Below, in pieces: positions 9,395 to 19,086 of a stretch of DNA of 64,000 nucleotides. Source of the stretch: Candidatus Omnitrophota bacterium (GTDB taxonomy: Bacteria; Omnitrophota; Gorgyraeia; JACQQV01); assembly GCA_016206785.1 (NCBI GenBank), contig JACQQV010000028.1, positions 5,438 to 69,437 of the forward strand, written 5' to 3'. The translations under genes were made by a program, and so were the position numbers. Under the pieces are notes generated by a model that saw only the letters and a program-made list of their open reading frames with translations, was not told the DNA's origin and searched no databases. The number at the start of each line of letters is the position of its first letter. The stretch's first letter is position 1.

Positions 9395-10890
9395 AGGGGG
9401 AGAATTCGTCAAAAGGATCCATCGAAGGATACCGCAGATTTATTTCTGATATTGGGATGATCGGCATCACGGAATTCGCTGTCAGGGCTTCCGGTCTGGT
9501 GACACTCCCGCTTCTCACGCGAATGTTGTTACCCTCAGAATACGGGTTGTGGGCCCTGATCTTGATTACGGTCACGATCGTTTCTTCACTCTTCCAGGGA
9601 GGGCTGGGAATTTCAATGGTGCGGTTCGTTCCTTCGGAAAAAGAAAGGGAAAGTCAGGCAAGAGTGATTTCCAGCATTCTGACAGGGGTCTCTGGGATGA
9701 GCCTCGGGGGAATGGTGTTTTTCTGGGCAATAGCGCCTGCCCTGGGAAATACATTCTTGAAAATTCCTGCAGAACAGATTCCCCTGTTTCGTCTCGGCGC
9801 CTTTTTCATCCCGCTCTACGCCGTCCGGGAGATCGTTGTCCGTGCATTCAGGGCCTTACGCTGGATGGGATATTTTGCCGTCATCAACTTTTTCAAAACC
9901 TTCTCAGAAATTGTAGGTCTGTTGCTTCTGTATCATGGGAGGGGAAGCGTTGCGGACGTTGTCCGATTGTATCTGGTCATTGAGGCTCTCACGGTGGGAG
10001 TAGGCCTTTGGACGCTGTACCGCAAGATCCCCTTTAAACATCCTGCCTATCATGAGGCAAGACCGTATCTCCTTTTCGGTCTTCCTCTCATGGCAAACGC
10101 GTTGCTCCTTCTGGTGATCCATTCTTCGGACCGTTATCTGTTGAGCTATTTTCTCGGACTCTCTGCCGCAGGTGTTTACTCGGCGGCGGTAAACCTCAGC
10201 ATGGTCACACTCCTTTTCCTCATGCCGATCCAGTCGGTTCTCTTGATCGCCACCGCCGACCTGTATGATTCTGGGCAAATGGACGAAGTCCGCAAGTATT
10301 TTAATTATTCGCTCAAGTACTATCTGATTTTGACATTCCCCATCGTCTCGGGCCTATTCCTGTACGGGAGACCTTTTGTGGAGATCATGACCACCGAATC
10401 CTACGCGGGAGAAAGATGGGTATTGCCAGGGCTTTCATTGGGATGTCTTTTCTACGGGGTCTACCAACTTCTCATTTTTGCAACCTATTTGCGCAAACAG
10501 ACCTATTGGGATCTGGGTCTTCTTCTCGGCGGATCACTCATCAATATCGTACTCAATCTGTTATTTATTCCTTTTCTTAAAACCACTGGGGCGGCGATGG
10601 CAACGGCCATCTCTTTTTTCCTCTTAGCCATTGTTGCGCATGAACTTTCAAGACGATACTTGAAATTTGTGTTCGATTTTGCGGTAGCGTTGAAGGTGCT
10701 TGTTGCCTCTGGGGCGATGATACTTGTCGTTGCGTCCGTTTCATCCAGAGAAACCATTTGGGATCCGTTTCCGATCCTCTTGGGGTGCTTGGTTTATGGG
10801 ACGGTGCTTGTTCTATTGCGGACCTTCCGGCTTCCGGAAATCCGCCTCTTGACAAGTTTCTTTCATGCCAGACCCGTTGTGAGGTCATAA
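9391..10890 (+). CDS. wzx: polysaccharide biosynthesis flippase (Wzx-like, MOP superfamily)
   Basis: 499 aa with about 12-14 hydrophobic helices and the overall Wzx/PST-family layout; located in a glycan cluster. Confidence 0.6.
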   Translation: MKGENSSKGSIEGYRRFISDIGMIGITEFAVRASGLVTLPLLTRMLLPSEYGLWALILITVTIVSSLFQGGLGISMVRFVPSEKERESQARVISSILTGVSGMSLGGMVFFWAIAPALGNTFLKIPAEQIPLFRLGAFFIPLYAVREIVVRAFRALRWMGYFAVINFFKTFSEIVGLLLLYHGRGSVADVVRLYLVIEALTVGVGLWTLYRKIPFKHPAYHEARPYLLFGLPLMANALLLLVIHSSDRYLLSYFLGLSAAGVYSAAVNLSMVTLLFLMPIQSVLLIATADLYDSGQMDEVRKYFNYSLKYYLILTFPIVSGLFLYGRPFVEIMTTESYAGERWVLPGLSLGCLFYGVYQLLIFATYLRKQTYWDLGLLLGGSLINIVLNLLFIPFLKTTGAAMATAISFFLLAIVAHELSRRYLKFVFDFAVALKVLVASGAMILVVASVSSRETIWDPFPILLGCLVYGTVLVLLRTFRLPEIRLLTSFFHARPVVRS

Positions 10891-12777
10891 ATGTCGGCCC
10901 TTTTTGGCTGGGCCGATGTGAATCGGCCACGCCTTTTGGAAAAGTTTGAACGATTAAGAAATAGCCTTGCCACGCTGAAAACGGCTTATGAAGATTGTTA
11001 TGTGAACGATCAAGTCGGCATCGGGAGGTTCCATCACGGGCTTTTATTTCCTTCCTCCCAACCTGTTTGGTCCCGCTCACGGCGGACGGCACTTTTTCTG
11101 GACGGCTACCTTTTTTTAAATGACACAGATAATTTCTCAACGTTTGAACGAAAGTCAGAAGAGGTGCTTCAGAAGATCGTGGAGGCCTATGAAGAGAAAG
11201 GGATTCCATTTATCCGGGAAATTCGTGGCGGAATTTTTAACCTCCTTATTCTCGATGACGCGGAGAACAAGCTCTATATCCTGAACGATCGTTTGGGCCT
11301 CCTTCCTCTCTATTACTTTGAAGAAGGGGGGGCATTTGGTTTTTCACCCCTCGCCAGACCTCTGGCGGAGAGTGGAGATAATACTGAAGCGGCGGATGAA
11401 GTCGCTCTTTCCGAACTCTTGCTTTATGGGTGGATGGTGGGGGAACGGACGGCCTACAAGCGGGTCAAGCTGATGGGTCCCGCATCGATTCTCACCTATG
11501 ATCTTTCGGAGAAGACGCTTCACAAGGAAACTTATGATCGATTGCATCATCAAAGGGGAGAAAAAAAAGGTTCTCATTCAGAATGGCTTGAACAGATGGA
11601 CGATCTTTTTAGAACCTCCATGAACCGTTATCGGGGTTCCTCGGGGCGCTACGGTCTGATGCTGAGTGGAGGCGTTGACTCCAGGCTCATCCTCGAATAT
11701 TTTTCGCCCAAAGAGAAATTGAAAGGCTATGTCTTTGGCGGCCGCGAGTATGACGATTCTCTGCTTGCGGAAAAGGTGGCCCGGGAGGCAAAAATAGAGT
11801 ACCGCCTTTTTGACGTCGGGAGCCGACATTTCTTGAATCGCTACGAATCGGCATTCGCTGCGATTGAAAGCCTTCTTGCCTGGTGGACAGATGAGGCCGC
11901 TCTCGTCATGCGAGAGGAAGGTTGCGGCCTCTGTTTCGACGGCATCTACGGTGACGGTTTTTTCGGCGGTTACTACTACCAGCATTTTAACTTGAAAAAT
12001 GCGCTTCTTGGTTTTCAGTTGACACCTTACCGCAATCTTCGACAACTCTCTCTTAGGATTGACCGCGCAAGCCGGCTTTTTACAGATGAATTTTTAAATC
12101 TGCTTCTTCGGGATGGATTTTTGGAAAGCATTCAAAATACGAGAGAAGGTCGTCTTCAGGATATTGAAGAATGGCTGTCGCCGCTTGAGGAGTCTATGCA
12201 GTATGAAGAAGAGGGAGAGGAACTCTTCAAACTGTGTGACATGCGCCGACGGGTGAGCAACCTTCAAGGGATCCGCGTCAGACGCTATCTCGAGATTGCC
12301 TATCCTTTCTGTGATGATGCGCTTATCAATTTCTCGTTTTCGCTTCCGATGGAGGCACGGGCTAATTACAGACTCTATTTTGCGTTCCTGAAGCACCTGA
12401 AAAAATTCCGCACCCTTCGTATCCCCTATGACAAAACCATGGTTCCCGCGGATGCACCCTATTTTCTTCAACTGGGTGGGATCGTCGGACAGAAAGCACG
12501 GCACGCCGTTCAAAGAAGACTCTCCAGTCTGAGTCGGGGAAAATTGTTCCCGAGGCGGAAACTGTTCATGGATTTCGACCTTTGGCTCCGAACAGACCCG
12601 GCATTTCGGGAGGTTGTCACTGAATTCTTCCAAGGTCCTTACTTTGATCCTGACAAGGTGGGACTTTTTATGAAGCGCTGGATGGGGTCGGAATTCTTTC
12701 TTGAGTACCGAATGGAGTACCTCCTTTCCTTTGCACTTTCCTGTAGGGCCGCTTCACAAAGCGAGGTGCTCGTGTGA
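10891..12777 (+). CDS. asparagine-synthase-family amidotransferase paralog (PP-loop domain), nucleophile position is Ser not Cys
   Basis: PP-loop LMLSGGVDSRLILEY (SGGxDS); the N-terminus MSALFGW aligns with MCGIxG of AsnB but has Ser at position 2. Confidence 0.65.
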   Translation: MSALFGWADVNRPRLLEKFERLRNSLATLKTAYEDCYVNDQVGIGRFHHGLLFPSSQPVWSRSRRTALFLDGYLFLNDTDNFSTFERKSEEVLQKIVEAYEEKGIPFIREIRGGIFNLLILDDAENKLYILNDRLGLLPLYYFEEGGAFGFSPLARPLAESGDNTEAADEVALSELLLYGWMVGERTAYKRVKLMGPASILTYDLSEKTLHKETYDRLHHQRGEKKGSHSEWLEQMDDLFRTSMNRYRGSSGRYGLMLSGGVDSRLILEYFSPKEKLKGYVFGGREYDDSLLAEKVAREAKIEYRLFDVGSRHFLNRYESAFAAIESLLAWWTDEAALVMREEGCGLCFDGIYGDGFFGGYYYQHFNLKNALLGFQLTPYRNLRQLSLRIDRASRLFTDEFLNLLLRDGFLESIQNTREGRLQDIEEWLSPLEESMQYEEEGEELFKLCDMRRRVSNLQGIRVRRYLEIAYPFCDDALINFSFSLPMEARANYRLYFAFLKHLKKFRTLRIPYDKTMVPADAPYFLQLGGIVGQKARHAVQRRLSSLSRGKLFPRRKLFMDFDLWLRTDPAFREVVTEFFQGPYFDPDKVGLFMKRWMGSEFFLEYRMEYLLSFALSCRAASQSEVLV

Positions 12778-14072
12778 AGAAACTCTTATTTGTCGCTTAT
12801 AGTTTTCCGCCTGTGGGCGCAAGCCGTTCAAGACGCGCCCTCTTTTTCTCAAAATACCTTGCCAAGGAAGGGTGGCAACTTTTTGTCCTGACGGTCAAAA
12901 GGCCGAGGGTGCCTGATTATGACGCAACACTCCTAAAGCGGATCCCTCCGGAAGTTCAGGTGGTGAGAAGTTCCTCATGGGAGCCCCTCCGATTTTCGGT
13001 AGGGAAGTTCCCCACAGAGCCTCACCGTCGCGAGGAAACAAGGTGGCTTCGAAAAGTCGCCCACTGGATTTTCTGCCCTGACTCGCGAATAGGATGGATC
13101 CCCTTCGCTCTTTGGAGAGGATGGCGGATGATCACTCAAGAGAAGATAGATGCCATCATGGTGATCGGGGAACCCTTTTCCAGTTTTCTGACAGGGGTTT
13201 TTCTCAAATGGATCACACGAAGACCACTTTTACTTGATTTTAGGGATGAATGGGTTCCTTTAAATACATACCGTGCCCCTGAAAAACCGGCCCTTATTTT
13301 GAAACTTGAGGAAAAACTGGAGGCTTTTGTGATTCGCCATGCAGACCGGATCACTTCGGTGACTCCCGCGATCATTAGCCATTTCAAAGACCGTTATCCG
13401 GAATTTTCAAAAAAGTTTTTCTATGTGCCCAATGGGTTTGATCCTGAAGAATATCCTTTGGCGCCGGAGAAAGATCGCGCCAATGGGAAGTGGACGGTGA
13501 CGTATGCAGGGTCCCTCTACGAGGGACGCTCACCCCAATATTTCTTTGAAGCCCTTGAGAGGCTGATGGAAGAATCGCCGGAGGCCGAGGAAAGATTGCG
13601 ATTTATTTTTTTGGGAACATCGGCACCTTCCGTCGAATCTTATTTTAGGCGGCCTTTGATTCAGAAAGTGACCGAGCGGTTGGGGTTTATTTCCTACGCA
13701 AAAACCCTTGAAATCTTGTGCCAAAGCCACCTTCTTTTGACTATTGCGGAGAAGGACGAAAGTTTCGCTCCACGATATGTCCCAGGAAAGCTTCTCGAAT
13801 ATCTGGGTGCGGGTCGCTACATCTTGGCTTTGGGAGGAGAAGGAAGCGTCAAAGAGATTATTGAATCCACCCGAACAGGTTGTATCGTGCCCGCAAGAGA
13901 TGTCGAAAAGATCAAAGAAGCCTTGAAAGAACGTTTCGAAGCATATAGGCGTAACGCCTTAGAGGTTCAAGCCAATAGAGAAGCCATTGCATGTTACCAG
14001 TGCCAGAACACTGTACGAACACTTGCCTCTCTTCTCGAAAGTCTTACTCATCGCCCGACGGAGATTCCTTAA
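12774..14072 (+). CDS. glycosyltransferase family 4
   Basis: 432 aa GT-B; C-terminal ...LEYLGAGRYILALGGEGSVKEIIESTRTGCIV matches the GT4 EX7E-like region; GTG start overlaps the upstream stop. Confidence 0.6.
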   Translation: MKKLLFVAYSFPPVGASRSRRALFFSKYLAKEGWQLFVLTVKRPRVPDYDATLLKRIPPEVQVVRSSSWEPLRFSVGKFPTEPHRREETRWLRKVAHWIFCPDSRIGWIPFALWRGWRMITQEKIDAIMVIGEPFSSFLTGVFLKWITRRPLLLDFRDEWVPLNTYRAPEKPALILKLEEKLEAFVIRHADRITSVTPAIISHFKDRYPEFSKKFFYVPNGFDPEEYPLAPEKDRANGKWTVTYAGSLYEGRSPQYFFEALERLMEESPEAEERLRFIFLGTSAPSVESYFRRPLIQKVTERLGFISYAKTLEILCQSHLLLTIAEKDESFAPRYVPGKLLEYLGAGRYILALGGEGSVKEIIESTRTGCIVPARDVEKIKEALKERFEAYRRNALEVQANREAIACYQCQNTVRTLASLLESLTHRPTEIP

Positions 14073-14073
14073 G

Positions 14074-15915
14074 ATGATGAAAGATCAAGATATCCTCTGT
14101 TTGTCCACCATCGACTGGGATTTTAATTGGCAAGGCCATCAAGAAATTATGGCCACTTTCGCCAAAAACGGGAACCGGGTCCTCTATATTGAAAACATGG
14201 GTGTTCGGGTGCCCACGTTAAAAGATTTTCCCCGTCTTTGGAAAAGGATCTTGAATTGGAAAAAAGGAATTCGTGGGATTCGAAAAGTCAGAGAGAATCT
14301 GTACGTCTTTTCACCGCTTATCCTCCCTTTTCCTTTTTCGCGGATCGCGACCCGAATCAACCGCTGGTTGATGTTGTCTCAATTAAAAGGGTGGCTGAAG
14401 GCAATGTCTTTTGATCATCCTATTCTTTGGTCATTTTTACCAACCGGAATGGCGGTGGATCTTATTGAACATCTCGATAAAAGACTTGTTGTGTACTATT
14501 GCGTTGCGGATTTTACAAAGCTCGTTGCCCATCCGCAAAAAGTTCGTCGGACGGAGGAAAAACTCCTTAAGCAATGTGACATCGTTTTTGCACAAGGGGA
14601 GGGATTGAAACGTGCTTGCGAGCGATATCATACCCCTGCTCACGTCTTTCCCTTCGGTGTCAATTCAGAAGTTTTTCTGGAAACGGAAAGAACTTCCCAT
14701 ATACCACAGGAACTCACATTCCTCAAGCGTCCCATCGTCGGTTATTGTGGAGGACTCCACCGGCACGTGGACTATGGTTTGGTCCGGTCGTTGGCGGTGA
14801 AGCATCCGGAATGGTCACTTGTTTTCGTAGGACCGGTTCAAACAGACATTTCCACGATACAAGATTTGGAGAATGTCTTCCTACTCGGTGAGAAGAGCCA
14901 TTCAGAACTCCCCTCCTATATCAGACAGTTTGATGTCTGTCTTGTTCCCTATCTTCTGTCTGACTATACCTCGACCGTTTATCCAACAAAGATGAACGAA
15001 TATCTCATCCTCGGAAAGCCGGTCATCTCAACGGATCTGCCCGAGATACGGAATTTTAACGCCCGTTTTCAAGATATTGTAAAGATTGGGCATAATCACG
15101 AAGAGTTCGAACGTTTTGTCTTGAGTTCGATGGATGACGATAATGGGGAGAAAAGGAACTTTCGTCAGGAAGTGGCTTTGGAGCAGGGCTGGGAAAAGCG
15201 CATCGAAGAGATGTCCGTTATTTTGCAGGCAGAACTCGACCGCAAGAGTCGAGTGAGGGAAGAAATGTGGCAGGAGTCCTTTCTTCATTTTTTAAAGGCT
15301 TCCCGGAAGGCCCTTCTGCGATGGGCGCTCTCAGGCCTCTTTCTCTTCGCACTCATTTTCTATACGCCCCTTCTCTGGTTTGCCGGCGGCCCTCTTAAGA
15401 TTTCCGATAAACTTCAAAAGGCCGATGCGATTGTGGTACTGGGGGGTGGCGTGGGAGAAACGGGAAACCCGGGGAAGAGCACCATCGAGCGGTCCCGATA
15501 CGCTGCAGAACTTTACCAGGCAGGTTGGGCTCCCGCAATCATTTTTTCATCCGGTTATGTCTATTCTTATCAAGAAGCGGAGGATATGAAACTCATCGCC
15601 ACCTCCAGCGACGTTCCTCCAAAAGCCATCTTACTCGAAACCAAATCTTCAAACACCTATGAGAATGTTCAATTTGTAAAGGATATTTTATATCAGAAAG
15701 GTTGGCGTTCCATTCTTCTCATCAGCGCCCCTTACCATATGCGTCGAGCGGCTCTTGTGTTCCGGAAGGTGGCACCAGAAATCAAGGTTCGTTATCTACC
15801 GGTTCAGAAGTGCGATTTTTATGAGAGAGGGAGGCGGTTGCAGGTGAGACAGCTTTTTGCCCTCCTTCATGAAGTAGGGGGGATCCTTTACTATTGGTGG
15901 AAGGGCTATGCGTAA
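14074..15915 (+). CDS. fusion protein: GT4 (WbuB-like) glycosyltransferase + TM helix + DUF218 (YdcF/ElyC-like) domain
   Basis: N-terminus DILCLSTIDWDFNWQGHQEIMATFAKNGNRVLYIEN is typical of WbuB-type GT4; one hydrophobic helix (LSGLFLFALIFYTPLLWF); C-terminus ADAIVVLGGGVGETGNPG...YENVQFVKDIL...ILLISAPYHMRRA is the DUF218 pattern. Confidence 0.65.
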   Translation: MMKDQDILCLSTIDWDFNWQGHQEIMATFAKNGNRVLYIENMGVRVPTLKDFPRLWKRILNWKKGIRGIRKVRENLYVFSPLILPFPFSRIATRINRWLMLSQLKGWLKAMSFDHPILWSFLPTGMAVDLIEHLDKRLVVYYCVADFTKLVAHPQKVRRTEEKLLKQCDIVFAQGEGLKRACERYHTPAHVFPFGVNSEVFLETERTSHIPQELTFLKRPIVGYCGGLHRHVDYGLVRSLAVKHPEWSLVFVGPVQTDISTIQDLENVFLLGEKSHSELPSYIRQFDVCLVPYLLSDYTSTVYPTKMNEYLILGKPVISTDLPEIRNFNARFQDIVKIGHNHEEFERFVLSSMDDDNGEKRNFRQEVALEQGWEKRIEEMSVILQAELDRKSRVREEMWQESFLHFLKASRKALLRWALSGLFLFALIFYTPLLWFAGGPLKISDKLQKADAIVVLGGGVGETGNPGKSTIERSRYAAELYQAGWAPAIIFSSGYVYSYQEAEDMKLIATSSDVPPKAILLETKSSNTYENVQFVKDILYQKGWRSILLISAPYHMRRAALVFRKVAPEIKVRYLPVQKCDFYERGRRLQVRQLFALLHEVGGILYYWWKGYA

Positions 15916-17146
15916 GTGGTCGGTTGTCGTCATTGGTATAGCAATACTTACTCAGTTTTTGTATGTTTGGCTACAGCCGGGAAGGCAACCTGAGGTGTGG
16001 GAGTATGAAACGATATCTCGGAATTTTCTAAATGGCAAAGGGATGACCATACGCTATCTGGAAACAGAATACCGGGGGCTTATGCATCCATTTTATCCTC
16101 TTCTTTGCATTGGGATCTATTGGTTGTTTGGAGGATCTCAGCGGGCAGTGACGTGGGCGCAAATGATCGCTTTTGGAGGTCTTGCTTGGGTGGTGTACGA
16201 GATTGGAAGAGAGGTCTTTTCTAAGGAAACGGGATTTTTGGCAACGCTCTTCGTTTGCCTCCATCCCGGGCTTTTCATTTATACGACGAGGAAACTTCAT
16301 CCACTTCTCTTTGATACTCTTTGGTTTTCACTTTTTCTCCTTTTCACATTGAAGATCCGGAAAAACGTCAATGTGGGGACATCTCTTCTTGGGGGAATTC
16401 TCCTTGGCGTCGCTTTTCTATCGCGGTCAACCCTCGTACTTTTTGCGGGACTCGCCTGCGGATGGCTTTTTAGACAGTGGACTTTTTATTGGAAGAAAAA
16501 GTTTCTCTATATTTCCGTCCTGCTTTTGACGGCCGCCGCGGTGTTGGTTCCATGGGCGATCCGTAACGCGATCGCTTTTCAGAAGTTTGTTCCGATAACG
16601 ACAACCTTCAGCCTTCAGCTTTGGCTTGGGAATAACCCGCATGCGAGCGGAACCTCTTTAACACCTTCGGGAGAGGCGGTATTAAGCCGCGATAGAGCGT
16701 TTCTAGAAAGGATTCGTCGGCTGGATGAGTTGAATCAGTCAAGGGCGTTTCAAGAAGCAGCCTTCGGTTATATTCGCGAACACCCCTTGGAGACGTTTCA
16801 GCTTTTCCTGAAGAAACTATACTATTTCTGGTGGTTCTCACCCCAATCGGGACTTTGGTACCCTTCCTCTTGGCTCTTGCTTTATCAAGGGTGGTACGGG
16901 ACGATGCTGGGCCTGGGAATCATCGGGATGTGGAGAGGGTTTGCTTCCCCCGTCCGGCGGGAGATGGTCGGGCTTCTTATCCTGTATCTCTTTTCAATAT
17001 CCTTCCTTCAAAGTTTTTTCTTTATTGAAGGACGTCATCGGTGGATCGTGGAGCCGGTTCTTTTGGTCTTTTCGGCAGAAGGGGCCCGTTTTGTGTGGTT
17101 TCAGGTGAGGACACTATGTGCGGAATTTGCGGCAAGATTAGCTTAA
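15908..17146 (+). CDS. polytopic membrane protein, putative GT-C-fold (ArnT/PMT-like) glycosyltransferase
   Basis: 412 aa with 10 or more TM helices and a soluble loop; no catalytic motif assigned; context only. Confidence 0.3.
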   Translation: MRKWSVVVIGIAILTQFLYVWLQPGRQPEVWEYETISRNFLNGKGMTIRYLETEYRGLMHPFYPLLCIGIYWLFGGSQRAVTWAQMIAFGGLAWVVYEIGREVFSKETGFLATLFVCLHPGLFIYTTRKLHPLLFDTLWFSLFLLFTLKIRKNVNVGTSLLGGILLGVAFLSRSTLVLFAGLACGWLFRQWTFYWKKKFLYISVLLLTAAAVLVPWAIRNAIAFQKFVPITTTFSLQLWLGNNPHASGTSLTPSGEAVLSRDRAFLERIRRLDELNQSRAFQEAAFGYIREHPLETFQLFLKKLYYFWWFSPQSGLWYPSSWLLLYQGWYGTMLGLGIIGMWRGFASPVRREMVGLLILYLFSISFLQSFFFIEGRHRWIVEPVLLVFSAEGARFVWFQVRTLCAEFAARLA

Positions 17147-19086
17147 ATCCAAACAGACCGGTTCATCCGGAAGTGATCGTTCGGATGGCGCGTACTCTTG
17201 CTCACCGCGGGCCGGAGGACGAAGGGGTCTATACGGATCAATCCGAGGAACCGCCTTTTCTTTCCATCGGTTTGGGTCACCGTCGGTTGAAGATCATCGA
17301 TCTTTCCGAACGTGCCCATCAACCCTTCTCGAACGAGACCGGAAAAATCTGGGTGGTTTTTAACGGGGAGATCTACAATTACCGGTCTCTTCGATCGGAA
17401 CTGATTCAGAAGGGTCATCCCTTCCGGTCGCAATCCGATACAGAAGTTCTCGTTCATCTTTATGAAGAGGAGGGGATCGACTTTGTGAATCGTCTGGATG
17501 GCATGTTCGCCTTCGCCCTCTGGGATGAGGAGAAGAAACTCTTGCTTCTTGCCCGGGACCCGATGGGGAAGAAGCCCCTCTTCTACGCGGAAGGAGACGA
17601 CGGAATTATTTTCGCATCGGAACTGAAGGCAATTCTGGAAGACCCTGATTTTAAAAGAGAGGTAGATCGCAGAGCGATTGATCAGTATCTTTCGCTTTAT
17701 TATATTCCTGCCCCCTTAACTATTTTTAAAGGGGTGAAGAAACTTTTGCCGGGATATGTCCTGATCTATGAATCAGGAAAAACGACTTCCCGGTCTTATT
17801 GGTCCCTTAACGCAGAAAGAGCGGGCGGTCTGTCGGAGAAGAAGACCAAAGAAAAACTCCTGGCCCTTCTTCAAGAGGCGACCCGGAAGCGTTTGGAAAG
17901 CGATGTACCCCTTGGCGTCTTTTTAAGCGGAGGAATCGATTCAAGTGCTGTGGTGGCGATGATGCGTCGGATTTCCCCAAAGGGGACGATCCGTTCCTTT
18001 TCGATCGGCTTCGAAGAATCTTCCTATGATGAAAGACCCTTTGCACGACTTGTCGCGGAAAACTTCAAGACCGAGCACCACGAATTTCTGATACGCCCCG
18101 ATCTTTTAAAGGTACTTCCTAAGATGGTCTGGAGTCTGGATGAACCGTTTGCAGACGCCTCGGCACTTCCGACCTTTTATCTTGCACAGCATACGCGTGA
18201 AGCAGTGACGGTGGCTTTAAACGGAGATGGAGGAGATGAACTCTTTGGTGGTTACGAGCGCTATGTGGCCAATGTTCTTTCGGAATGGTTGCGGTCCACC
18301 CATCTCACTTTTTCGGTGCGCACCCTCTCATCGCTGATCGCTACTCTCTTTAACGGCGAGGCGGATCGGGCGAATTTTTCCGTAAGACTTAAACGGTTTT
18401 CGGAGTCACTGGGCCGCTCTCCGGAGGAAAGGTACTTGGACTGGGTAGGGCTCTTTCGAAAAGATGAAAGAGAAAAACTGTACACCGCTTCTTTTAGGGA
18501 AAGCATTGAATCAGAAGGAGCTTTCGGGTATCTCAAAAAATGTTACGACCGCTTTCCGGAACATCCCTTTTCGGCGGCGACTCCTTTGGTGGACATGGTG
18601 AGTTATCTTCCTAACGACCTTCTGGTCAAGGCGGATCGGATGACCATGGCCCATGCGCTGGAGGGCCGGTCTCCTTTTTTAGACCGGGATCTTGTTGCCT
18701 TCGCAGCCTCTCTTCCTTTTTCGATGAAGGTACGGGGCCTTACCCAAAAATATATTTTAAAAAGAGCGCTTAGACCCTTTCTTCCGAAAGAAATTATAAA
18801 ACGGAAGAAGCAGGGTTTCGGTGTTCCAGTAGGACTCTGGTTTCGAAGAGAACTCCGGCCGATGCTTAAAGACACACTTCTTGGAGACCGCTTTCTCGAT
18901 CGGGGAATTTTCGAGAGAGAGGCGGTTCAACGATTGATTGAGAGACACCTCTCCGGGAAAGAGGACATGGGACAGTGCCTCTTTAGCCTTTTCATCCTCG
19001 AACTCTGGTACCGCATCTTCGTGGATGGGGAGAGAGAGGGGGTTTCTCGATCTGAGGAACAGATGTCTTTAGAGGTGAAGCGATGA
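17116..19086 (+). CDS. asnB: asparagine synthase (glutamine-hydrolysing) family amidotransferase
   Basis: MCGICGKISLN Cys-2 Ntn glutaminase start; PP-loop FLSGGIDSSAVVA; full two-domain AsnB architecture. Confidence 0.85.
   Translation: MCGICGKISLNPNRPVHPEVIVRMARTLAHRGPEDEGVYTDQSEEPPFLSIGLGHRRLKIIDLSERAHQPFSNETGKIWVVFNGEIYNYRSLRSELIQKGHPFRSQSDTEVLVHLYEEEGIDFVNRLDGMFAFALWDEEKKLLLLARDPMGKKPLFYAEGDDGIIFASELKAILEDPDFKREVDRRAIDQYLSLYYIPAPLTIFKGVKKLLPGYVLIYESGKTTSRSYWSLNAERAGGLSEKKTKEKLLALLQEATRKRLESDVPLGVFLSGGIDSSAVVAMMRRISPKGTIRSFSIGFEESSYDERPFARLVAENFKTEHHEFLIRPDLLKVLPKMVWSLDEPFADASALPTFYLAQHTREAVTVALNGDGGDELFGGYERYVANVLSEWLRSTHLTFSVRTLSSLIATLFNGEADRANFSVRLKRFSESLGRSPEERYLDWVGLFRKDEREKLYTASFRESIESEGAFGYLKKCYDRFPEHPFSAATPLVDMVSYLPNDLLVKADRMTMAHALEGRSPFLDRDLVAFAASLPFSMKVRGLTQKYILKRALRPFLPKEIIKRKKQGFGVPVGLWFRRELRPMLKDTLLGDRFLDRGIFEREAVQRLIERHLSGKEDMGQCLFSLFILELWYRIFVDGEREGVSRSEEQMSLEVKR

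Noticed and set aside
13987-14073. Upstream extensions of several ORFs into the preceding gene (ORF-track starts at 13987, 20156, 21057, 22958, 25068, 28314, 35506, 43202, 50095, 51236, 53486, 55129 and 57829).
   Set aside because: The in-frame internal starts (14074, 20249, 21264, 23036, 25134, 28407, 35590, 43340, 50203, 51266, about 53600, 55267 and 57883) coincide with the stop of the upstream gene, a plausible RBS and/or the beginning of the homologous domain. The long overlaps are artefacts of longest-ORF calling.
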